A stretch of DNA of 64,000 nt, taken from assembly GCA_014905635.1 (NCBI GenBank), contig JABVCE010000002.1:2232001-2296000 (forward strand). The letters run 5' to 3'. Every line of letters begins with the position of its first letter. Within the stretch, counting starts at the first letter, position 1. The position numbers and the translations under genes were made by a program. The notes below the pieces were generated by a model. It ran no database searches. It worked only from the letters and a program-made list of their open reading frames with translations, and was not told the origin of the DNA. This DNA comes from Scenedesmus sp. PABB004 (lineage: Eukaryota). Shown in pieces: positions 34,212 through 43,889 of this stretch.

Positions 34212-36927
34212 AGCGACGTCAACGGCCACGGCTCGCACACGTCGTCCACCGCGGCGGGCAACTACGGCAGCCCCTACCGCTACGGCCCGAGCACGGGCAT
34301 GGCGCCGCGCGCGCGTCTCGCGATCTACAAGGTCAGCTCAGTCAGCCGAGTCAGTTGGGTCAGCTGAGTCAGCCGGGCCACCCGAGCCCCTGGCCGCGCC
34401 GCGCGCCGCCGACCAGCGCGCGCGCCTGCACACGCGCGCCGCGCCGCGCCGCACCGCCCCGCAGGCGCTGTGGGGCGCCGACGGCAGCGGCACCAACAGC
34501 GACATCGTCGCCGCGATCGACCGCGCCGTCGCGGACGGCGTGGACGTGATCAACTACTCGGCCGGCTCGAGCGTGCCGACCGCGAGCTTCCGGGACCCCA
34601 TCGTGCGCGCGTTCATGATGGCGGCCAAGGCCGGCGTCTTTGTCGCCGCCGCGGGCGGCAACTCGGGGCCCGACCCCTCGACCGTCGACAACCCAGGACC
34701 CTGGGTCACGACCGTCGCGGCGACGAGCCACGCGCGCGAGTTTATCGCCGGGCTCAACCTCGGCAGCGGCGCCGCGCTCACGGGCGGGTCGATGGCCGAG
34801 AGCGCCGCCGGCCCCGCGCCGTTTGTGTCCGCCGAGGCGGTCGCCAAGCGCGGCGCGCCGCGCGCCGACGCGCAGCGCTGCTTCGCCGGCACGCTCGACG
34901 CCGCGGCGGTGGCGGGCAAGATCGTGCTCTGCGACCGCGGCACCAACCCGCGCGTCGAGGTGCGCCGCCGCGCGCGCTTTTTGGTTTTTGAACGGAGAGG
35001 AGGGGGGGACCTGCTCGCGCGCGTGCGCGCGCGCGCCACGCCCCCGGCGCGGCCCTCACCCGCGCCCCGGCGCGCGCGGCGGCCCAGAAATCGGCGGAGG
35101 TCAAGCGCGCCGGCGGCGTCGGCATGGTGCTGGTCAACGTCGACGCGACCGGCGCGTCCTCGGACGTCGCCGCCGACGAGCACGCCGTGCCGACCGTGCA
35201 CCTGCCCGCGGAGCACCGCCCCGCACTCCGCGCCTATACAGCGACCCCCGGCGCGACCGCGGCCATCACGGCCGCCGAGGTCAGCAACAGCGCGCTCGCG
35301 CCGCAGATGGCCGACTTTTCGTCGCGCGGGCCGTGCGTCGCGGGCGGCGGCGTGCTGCTCAAGCCCGACCTCGCCGCGCCCGGCAAGGACATCTACGCCG
35401 CGTTCAGCCCCGCGCTCGGCCACGACCGCTCCGGCTTTGCCTACCTCTCCGGCACGAGCATGGTGCGTGCGCCGCGAGCTTCGTGCGCGCCACGCGCCCC
35501 AGACGGCCCGCGCCGCCGGCTGCGCGGGGCCGACCCGCGCGCCCCCGCGCCCCGCTCGCCGCCGCAGGCGACGCCGCACGTGGCGGGCCTGGCGGCGCTG
35601 CTGCGCCAGAAGTACCCGACCTGGTCGCCCATGGCGGTCAAGAGCGCGCTGATGACCACGGCGTATCAGACCACGCGCACGGGCACGCCGGGGCTGGCCT
35701 TTGGCGACGCGTTTGACTACGGCGCGGGGCACGTCGACCCCACGCGCTTCTTCACGCCGGGGCTCGTCTTTGACAGCAAGTACAACGACTGGCAGCGCTT
35801 CATCTGCGCCGCGGAGGGCACCACGTGCACCATCTGCTCGGCCGACCCCGATGCGTGCAAGGCGTACAACCTCAACACGCCCTCCATCGCGCTGCCGCGC
35901 CTGTACGAGAGCGCACCCGTGGTCGTGCGCCGCACCGTCACCGCCGTCGGCGCGGCGCCGGCGAGCTTCGCCGCGTCGGTGCAGCTCGACGGCGCCGCCC
36001 AGGGCGCGCTGCGCATCACAGTGGACCCGCCGACCTTCACGCTCGCGCCGGGGCAGACCCAGGCGCTGGCGATCACGATCGAGGCGCTCCCCGGCGCGCC
36101 CAACGGCGAGTACATGCACGGGGCCATCACCTGGACCGGCGATGCCGGCACGACGACGCGCATCCCGGTCGTGGTCAACACCACCATCTTTGACGGCCCG
36201 ACGCAGGTGCGCGCACGCGCGCGCGGCCGTCCCAGCACGTGGCCAGCCCGCGCGCGCGCGCGCCGGCCGCGGCCCGCCGTCACCGCGCCGCCGCCGACGC
36301 CGCTGCCGCCGGCGGCAGGTCGACGTGCGCCCGGGCGCGCCGGCGGCGGCGTTCACCGTCACGCCCGGCTTCACCGGCACGCTCGACCTGTCCGTCAGCG
36401 CGCTCGCGCCCGCCAACGTCACGCGCGGCGCGCTCGCCGACGGCGGCAAGGCGTTTGTCGACGTGACCATCCCCGCCGGCGTGTCGCTCGCGCGCTTTGC
36501 GATCTTTGACGCCGACCTGCCCGGCGGCGGCGGCGGGCACGACATCGACCTGTACCTCCTGCGCGACGCAGAGGTGGTCGGGTACAGCGCCGGCGACTCG
36601 GCGCAGGAGAGCATCTCCGTGACCGCCCCCGCGCCGGGCGACTACCGGGTGCTGCTGGAGGGGTTCAACGTCCCCGGCGGCCGCGTGCGCTTCGCGCTGC
36701 ACGCGTGGCTGCTCGGCGCTGGCGCCGGCGGCGGCGGCGGCGCGGGCTCGGGCGCGTCGATGGTCGCGACGCCCAGCAGCGTGGCCGTGACGAGCGGCAC
36801 GCCCGCGCCCGTGCGGCTCAAGTTCAGCGGCCTCGGCGGCGCCGCCGGCCCCGCGCGTTACGTCGGCGGGGTGGACTTTGTGCGCGGCGGCAAGGTCATT
36901 GGCAGCACCGTGGTCTCCATGATCTGA
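32946..36927 (+). CDS. Secreted S8 subtilase, paralog 2, with an extra C-terminal PPC-like domain
   Basis: VVGVVDTG, GHGSHTSSTAAG, GGNSGP, GKIVLCDRG, GTSM|ATPHVAG; last exon DIDLYLLR...QESISVTAPAPGDYRVLLEGF. Confidence 0.93.
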
Positions 36928-37527
36928 GCTGTCAGGGCTGCTAGAGCGGCCCTGCGCAGGGTCCCCGAGCTGGAGAGGGCGCCCGGGACGCAGGACCGCG
37001 CTCGCGCCGGGGCGGCCAGGTGGGCTGGCCGGGGCTGGCCAGGGCCCTGGCTGCGCCGGCGCGCAGGGCGAGCAGCGGGGGTGCCCCAGCGCCCCACTCA
37101 CAGCACCGCAGATTGAGGGATTGAGCTAAGGTATAAGGCCAGGGCTGCCGCGGGGGATTCGATGACATGCTGGGAGGGGAGCCGAGTGGACGGACTGCGT
37201 CTTGCCGGATCGTGCTGTAACGCCCCAGTGCGCGCGCCGAGCTGGTCAGCTCCACCACTGCACCACCAGCCCTGCGGAAGCGGCAGCAGCCGCGCTGTAG
37301 CCGCAGCCCGCCGCAGCCCGCCGCCGCTGCCGGCAGCTGCTGCCGCACGCTGCCGCTGCCCGCCCCGCTGCTGCCGCAAGCTGCCGCGTGCTCCGTCCAG
37401 CTGCGTGCCGCTTCTAAGCGCTCGGGGGACGGCCCTCGCGACGCGCCGGGCGCGGCGTGCGGCAACGGCCCAGAAGGCCGCGGCGCGCTCGCAGCTGCTC
37501 CGCGACGCGGGCCGCTCGCCCGCCCTG

Positions 37528-38112
37528 ATGGCTGCCGGCCCGCCGGTGCGCGTGTCGGACGTGGACCACCTGGTGCTGCGCGTGGCCGACCCCGTCGCGA
37601 GCGTGGACTGGTACGCAAGCAAATTTGGCCTGGAGCCGGTGCGGCTGGACGAGTTCAAGGGGGGCAAGGTGCGCCCTGTGCGCCGCCGGGAGCGTGCCGC
37701 GCGTGGCGCGCCGTCGGGCGGCCGAGGGAGCGAGCCCGCGCCACCGCCGCCGCCGGCGCCGCCGCGCCGCGCCGCACGCGTCCAGGCGCCCTTCCCGTCG
37801 GTGCGCGTGACGCCGACCTTCCTCATCGACCTCATGCCTCGGGACTTCATGCGCCCGCCGGGCGCCGCGGCCGCGGCCGACGCGGCGCCGGCCCCGCGCC
37901 CGCCGCCGGCGCTCGACCACTTCTGCCTCGTGTTGGCCGACGCCGACCTCGAGGCCGCTGTGTCGCGGCTGGCCGCCGCCGGCGTGCCCGCGGCGCGCCA
38001 GTTTGACGGCGGGCCGGTCGTCCGGCGCTTTGGCGCGCGCGGGGACGCGATGAGCATCTACGTGCGAGACCCCGATGGCAATTCCGTGGAGCTGCGGAGC
38101 TATGGGCCCTGA
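37528..38112 (+). CDS. VOC (glyoxalase/bleomycin-resistance) family protein, 2 exons
   Basis: DHLVLRVAD...WYASKFGL, APFPSVRV, LDHFCL, FGARGDAMSIYVRDPDGNSVELRSY; intron 37669-37785. Confidence 0.9.
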   Translation: MAAGPPVRVSDVDHLVLRVADPVASVDWYASKFGLEPVRLDEFKGGKVRPVRRRERAARGAPSGGRGSEPAPPPPPAPPRRAARVQAPFPSVRVTPTFLIDLMPRDFMRPPGAAAAADAAPAPRPPPALDHFCLVLADADLEAAVSRLAAAGVPAARQFDGGPVVRRFGARGDAMSIYVRDPDGNSVELRSYGP

Positions 38113-38229
38113 CCGGGGCTCGCGGGGCGCCACCGCGGCGAGGGAGCGGCACGCGGCAAGTTGCACGTTGCAAGTTGCGAGCCGTGCTCTCTCCGCGCGC
38201 GCGCGCGGCCGACGTCGCACGCGGCGCAC

Positions 38230-39645
38230 TCACGCCGTGATCGGGCAGTCCAGCGCGCGGTGCCCGGGCGCGCCGCAGTGGTGGCAGTGGTCGTGGTCAA
38301 AGGCGCACGTCGCCCGCTTGCGGCAGCCGTCGGCGGCGTCGTAGTTGTGGGGCCGGCAGATGCGCACGCCGGCGGCGGTGTGGCGCTGCGGGAGTCGCAG
38401 CGGGTTGCGCCGCCAGCCGCCGCCCCGCGCCGCCAGGAACCAGCGCTCCGCACGGCCGCTGCGCAGCACCGGGTTGACGCCGCGCCACGCCTCGAGCGCC
38501 GCCCACCAGGCCGCGGGGTCGCGCACCTCGCCCGCCGCTGGCGGCGGCACCCCCAGCTGATGCTGCTGGTGCTGTGGCTCCTGCTGACTCTGCTGCTGCT
38601 GCTGTGCCCTGGGAGGTGGCGGCGGCGCGACCACCGCCGCGGCCGCCAGGCGCGCAGCCAGCTGCTGCACGCCGTCCTCGACGGGCTGCTGCGCCCCCGC
38701 CTGCTGCTGCTCCAGCTCCTGCTGCTGCGCCGGCTCGCCCGCCGCTGGCTCTCCCTGGCCTGCCAGCTGCTCTGCCAGCAGCTGCTCCGCCAGCTGCGCC
38801 GCGACCGCGGCCGCCAGCTCCTCGCTCTTGACCACGAGCAGGCGCGGCGCGAGCTGCGCCATGACCCACGGCACGAGCCGCAGCAGCGCGTCCAGCTGGC
38901 GGTCGCCGCCAATGTCGGCCATCACCACCGACGCGCCGCCGCTGCCGCCGGCGGCGCTGCCAGGCGCGCCGCAGCTGGAGCAGCTGCTCGCGCGGCCTTT
39001 GGCGGCGGCGCTGTCGCTGCAGCAGCTGCAGCCGGCGCGCTGCCGCATGCTGCGCGCAATGGCCAGCAGCTCCGCCGGCTGCTCCAGCGCGTCTGCAACT
39101 TCAAACCGCACGTGCGGGTGCCGCCGCCGTGCCTCCGCCACCACCTCGGAGCCGCAGTCGACGCCGACGACCTGCCCGGCGTGCTGCGCGAGCTGCGCCG
39201 TGCACACGCCGTACGAGCAGCCGAGCTCCAGGACGGCGTCGGCTCGGCACAGCTGGCTGCGGGCGAGGCAGCGGTAGCTCTCGGTGTCGGCGCACACAAG
39301 GACGAGCGGAGCGTCTGGTCGCGCGTCAAACACGGGCACCAGCCGCTCGCGCCGCACGTGGGCGGTGGTCCCTGTCGAGTGGTAGCGCACCAGCAGCCGC
39401 CCGGGGCACGCCCAGGGCCCCGCCGCTGGGCCCGCGCTGCTGCCGGCCGCCGCTGGGCCCGCGCTGCTGCCGGCCGCCGCCGGCGCGCCGCTGCTGCCGC
39501 CCGACGCAGCGGCCACCTCCGCGACGACTCCCCGGCCCGTATCGCGCTCTGAGCGAAGCTTGACGTACACTTCAGCTCCAGGAGCGACATCAGCGTCGTC
39601 GCACGGCTCCTGGGCCGCAAACAGGCGCAGGCGGCACCGCTCCAT
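38230..39645 (-). CDS. Intronless class I SAM-dependent methyltransferase with C-terminal CCCH and CCHC zinc fingers
   Basis: Motif I VLELGCSYG, VVGVD, RFEVADA, VMADIGG; C-x10-C-x5-C-x3-H followed by C-x2-C-x4-H-x4-C. First in-frame ATG at 39645. Confidence 0.8.
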   Translation of the reverse strand: MERCRLRLFAAQEPCDDADVAPGAEVYVKLRSERDTGRGVVAEVAAASGGSSGAPAAAGSSAGPAAAGSSAGPAAGPWACPGRLLVRYHSTGTTAHVRRERLVPVFDARPDAPLVLVCADTESYRCLARSQLCRADAVLELGCSYGVCTAQLAQHAGQVVGVDCGSEVVAEARRRHPHVRFEVADALEQPAELLAIARSMRQRAGCSCCSDSAAAKGRASSCSSCGAPGSAAGGSGGASVVMADIGGDRQLDALLRLVPWVMAQLAPRLLVVKSEELAAAVAAQLAEQLLAEQLAGQGEPAAGEPAQQQELEQQQAGAQQPVEDGVQQLAARLAAAAVVAPPPPPRAQQQQQSQQEPQHQQHQLGVPPPAAGEVRDPAAWWAALEAWRGVNPVLRSGRAERWFLAARGGGWRRNPLRLPQRHTAAGVRICRPHNYDAADGCRKRATCAFDHDHCHHCGAPGHRALDCPITA

Positions 39646-39961
39646 CCGTCGCCAGCAGCTGTGCGGCAGCTGTGGCGGCTGTGGCGGCTGTGGCGGCTGT
39701 GGGTCGCCCGACGGTCGCGCGGGCACCTCGATCTCGTCACGGTTGCATCGGAGGGGCGGCCAGCAGCCTCACGGCCGGCAAAACCGCGCGGCGCCGTGAA
39801 GTGACGCCGGCACGCGCGCGCCAATCGCTCGCGCTCACGCCGCACAGTTGCTCGCAGCGCTGCTACGCCAAAAGAACACGGCCCAAGGGGTTTTGCGATG
39901 CACACTCTCGTCGCAAGTCCCGGCAACTCGCGCTCTCAATCCGCCAAAACTGCCGCTCGCC

Positions 39962-42900
39962 TCACGCCTTGGTGCTGACGAGCTCGCGCTCCTTCTGCCC
40001 CACCTGCTCGCCCTCCTCCTCCGCCGGCTGCTGCTGCTCCTGCGCCTGCGCCTCGCCGCCGGGGCGCGCCGCGGACTCGCGCACCTTGACCGCCTGCACG
40101 CGCGGGTCAGCGAGAATCTCCTGCGTGCGCGCCTCGCTCGGCGGCGGCGGCGGCGGCACAGGCTTGGGGAAGGGCGCAAGCCCGACGCGCCAGCGGTTGC
40201 GGTCTGCGCGGCGGACACGGCGGCGGCAGCAGCGGCGGTGGCGCGCGTCAGGGGGCCGGCCCGGCAGGCCCAGGCCCAGGCCCGGGCGCGCCCGCCCTCC
40301 CCCGCGCCGCGCCGCGCCGCACGCCTGCCGCGCCGGCCGGGCAACGGGGGCCTTTGGCCCCCTGAGCCGCCGGGCCGGCGCCCGCACCCCAGCCCCCGCG
40401 CGCGCCGCGCGCGCCGCCGCACCGAGGGCGAGTTTGAGGAAGAGGCGGTTGAAGCGCGCCGGGGTCATGCCCTTGCCCTGCGCGTCCGCGGCCTCGCTGC
40501 GCCGCAGCTCGAGCGTCTTCCATGCCGCGTCGGGCCGGCACAGTGCCGCCGCGACGGCGTCGGCCGCCTCGGCACGGCTGACCTTGCCGCTAATCGTGTC
40601 GCCCTGGTCCGCCTCGAGCAGCGCGGGGCCCTCAATGCCCTTGTCGTCCAGGCCTGCGCCGCGGCGGCGCCGGCGGCGGCGGCGGGCGCCGCGGTGTTGG
40701 CGCGGGCGACGGGGCGGGCGGGCGCGGCAGCGCGGGGCGAGCGGCCGGCCGCCCGCCGCGGCTGCGGCGGGGCGCGGCGCGCGGCAGGCCGGCCACAGCG
40801 CGCGACGGCGCGGCGCGCCCGCACGCACCGGTGCAGCGGATGATGGTGTAGGGCAGCCCGCTGCCGCGCAGCGCCGCCTCGGCCTCGTACTTCCAGTTGA
40901 GCACGCCGCCCGGGTTGAGCTGCACGATGGGGATGTCCGCCTTGCGCGCGGCGGCGTCGTCGCCGATGATCGCGTTGCGCTCGACGCCTGGCGGCGGGGT
41001 GGGTGGTGGTGTGGGCGTGCGTGCGTGGGCCGGCCGGGGTGCACATGCGTGCGCGTGCGCGGCGCGGGCCGCGCCGCGCACGGCGGCCGACGCCCCCGCG
41101 CGGCGGCGGTGGCAGCAGCGCATCGCGGGCGGCGCACCGGCGGACGAGATCGCGACGACTGCGGGGCGGGGCGCGGCATAAGCGGAGATGCCGCCGGCGA
41201 TGCAGAGGGTGAAGGGCCCCGGGCGGTAGGCGGGGTTGGGGGCCTTGTTGAACTCAAACCTGAAGGGGGAGCAAGGGAGGGTTTAGGGGGCAGGGAGAGA
41301 GAGAGAGTGCGTGAGGCTGTCGAGGGGTGGTGGCGGCGGCGGCGCGCGCGCGCGCACGGGCGGCGGCAGGGTGAGACGGCGCGTGCCCGCCGCCGCGCTG
41401 CGCTTCGCTGTGCGACGCGCCTGCTGAGCACGAGCCCGAGCTTGGAGATGGCGCTCGCGTCGAGCGGCTCGCCCTCGGGGTCGCTCTGCGCGCGCTTGAC
41501 CGGGACGAAGCTGTGCCACGGCAGCCGCACGGTCGTCCAGTCGCCCTCGGGGCTCGTCTCAAACGTGGTCTGATAGGTGGACTCGGGCACCGCCTCCTGG
41601 TCGGCCTGCGCGCCGCGCCGCGCCGTGTCGGTCGGGCGCCCGCCGCGCGCCGCTGCCGCTGCAGCACAGGCGCTGCCGCCTGAACGCCCTGTCTGTCTTG
41701 TCTGAAAGCCCTCAACCCCTAAACCCTCAATGCCCAGCCCCGCGCACCGTCTTGACGTTGAACTTGAAGATTTGGCCGTCCCCCTTGACGCGCAGCTGCA
41801 GGCCGTCGTACGCCGACAGGTCGAGGCCCAGGCCCTTGGTGCGCGCGCCGCAGAAGCCGCCGCCCTGCGGCGCGCGGCGCGCGGATGGACGCGGGCGCGT
41901 GCGCGGCGAGCGGCCGGGCGGCACACGGGCGGCGGGCACCGCCTGGCGCCGCCGCTGCTGCCGCCGCACCTCGACGATGAGGTCGCCGCGCCACACGGCG
42001 CCCTCAAAGTCTTCGGCGGGCGCGAGGCCGCTGCTGCTGCTGCCGCCCATGATCACGTCATCCAGCCGCTCCCACGCCGCGAGCTCGTCGGCCGACGTCA
42101 TGCGCAGCACGCTCTCCGCGCGCGGGGCCGACGCCGCGGTGAGGCCCGGCGCGTGCGCGGCGATGGCGGCGAGGATGTTGGCCATGCCTGGCCGGCGGCG
42201 GCGGCGGTGCGGGGCGGGGCGCGGCGGGGTAAGCTGCCGCCTGGCCGCCCGGCCGCCCATCCGCCCATTCGCCCGGCCGCCGCCGCCACTGGAGCCAGCG
42301 GCGCGGCGGCGGCGCACCCTGCGCCTCCACGCGCTCGGGCGACATGCCGTCCAGGAAGCCGAAGCCGCCCTCCGGCAGGCGCCCCGTGACGGGGCCGAGC
42401 GCGTAGACGACCTGGGACACGCCCTCAAACAGGCCCGCCGCGAGCGTGGCGGGGTCCGTCACGTCCACGCCCGGCGCGGTGATGAGGATGCCGGCGCACC
42501 CGCCGGGCTGGCGGCCCTCGGCGAGCCCCGCCGCCGCCCACGCCTCGCCCGCCTTGTCGGCGCTGCGCACCGCCGCGACGACGGTGCGGCCGGAGCGCAC
42601 GAGCTGCGGCGCCGCGCGGGGGGCGGCCGCGCGGGGTGGGCGCGCGCGCCTCTGGCGCGGAGGGGTGCGCGCGCCTGGCGCGGTGCGGCGGCCGCGCGCG
42701 ACAGCCGCCGCGCCAGGCGCGCGCCGGCCGCCGCCGCGCGTGCCCCCCCCCACCACCGCCCGCACCTTGTCCACCACCAGGCGGCCGAGCTTGCCGGTCG
42801 CGCCAAAGACGAGGACCGCATTCTCGCGCGGCAGCGGCGCGGGCGCGGCCTCGCCCGCGGCCGCCGCGCCGTCCGGCGCGCCCGCCATGTCGCCGCCCTG

Positions 42901-43426
42901 AGGGTTGGCGGCGACGTAGCCCACCAGGCCCAGGACGGCGGCTGCGCGGCGGCGGCGGCGGCGCGGCGGCGGCGGCGGCGCGGCGGCGTCGGCGGCGCGG
43001 CGGCGTCGGCGCGTGCGCACACAGCGCCGCCGCTGCTGCCGCTGCTGCTGCCAATCCGACCGGCGCCGCGCTTCGAGGGCGCACACAGCAAGCCAGTCTT
43101 CCGGCTGCGATGCCCGCGCGGGGCCGGCGAGGCGCGTGCGCGCCGCAGGGCGCGGGCCATCGCTCGGGATGCCGCGCCGCTGCCGCGGGCCCGCGCCGAC
43201 CCTCCCGGCAGCCACGCCGAACCGCCCAGCACCCAGAACCACGCCGCGACTCACCAACGGCAGCGCCGCCGGCGAGGAGCACCTCCTGAGGGAACTCTGC
43301 GAGGTTGATGCCCGCGCTCGCGCTCACAGCGCGACGCGCGCCCGGCCGCGGCGCCGGGGCCACGCTGCCGCCGCTGCGCTGGACGGGCCTGGCGCTCGCG
43401 ATGCCGGCGCGGCGGAGGAGGAGCAT
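39962..43426 (-). CDS. Plastid NAD(P)-binding atypical SDR with inserted CIA30 domain (UOS1/HCF173-like family)
   Basis: VLVFGATGKLG; CIA30 motifs WERLDDVIMGGSS, GGGFCGAR, DLSAYDGLQLRVKGDG; NWKYEAEAALRGSGLPYTIIR; QGDTISGKVSR; transit-like N-terminus. Confidence 0.88.
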
Positions 43427-43889
43427 CGCGCGGCGCTGCGCGGCGGCGCGTGTGGTGGGCGGCTGCTGTCGGCGACCGGCGGCGGGAGCGTGGCGCGCTG
43501 GCTGGGTGTGTGCTCACTGGACGCGGCGCCGCCGCGCCGTGATCGCGCCGCGCGCCCCCGTCGGCGCGCAGAAGAACCGCAAGCCCTGCCGCGCCGCGAG
43601 CGCGGGCGTGGCGGGGCAACGGTCGTGTTGCCGCTAGCCGAACGCATCAGGCCCCATCCCATCGAGCCCCGGGCGCCACGACGGCGCCTGCGCCGCGCGC
43701 CGCGCGCGCCGCAGCGGCCAGCGCGCGGCGGCAAATCAATGGCGTGCGCCGCCCGCCGTCGCCGAATCGCATTGCGTCGCTCCTCGTCGTGGTGCCCCCG
43801 CCCGGCCGCCCCTCCCTCCCCCGCCCGCCCCCGCCCCCGCCAACCCTCCGAGGGAGCCGCCGCGGCGCGCGCGCGCGCGCGCGTCGCGC

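Noticed and set aside
38230..38400. CCHC knuckle as a retrotransposon gag remnant
   Set aside because: No protease, RT, integrase or LTRs nearby; the knuckle is in frame with a methyltransferase.
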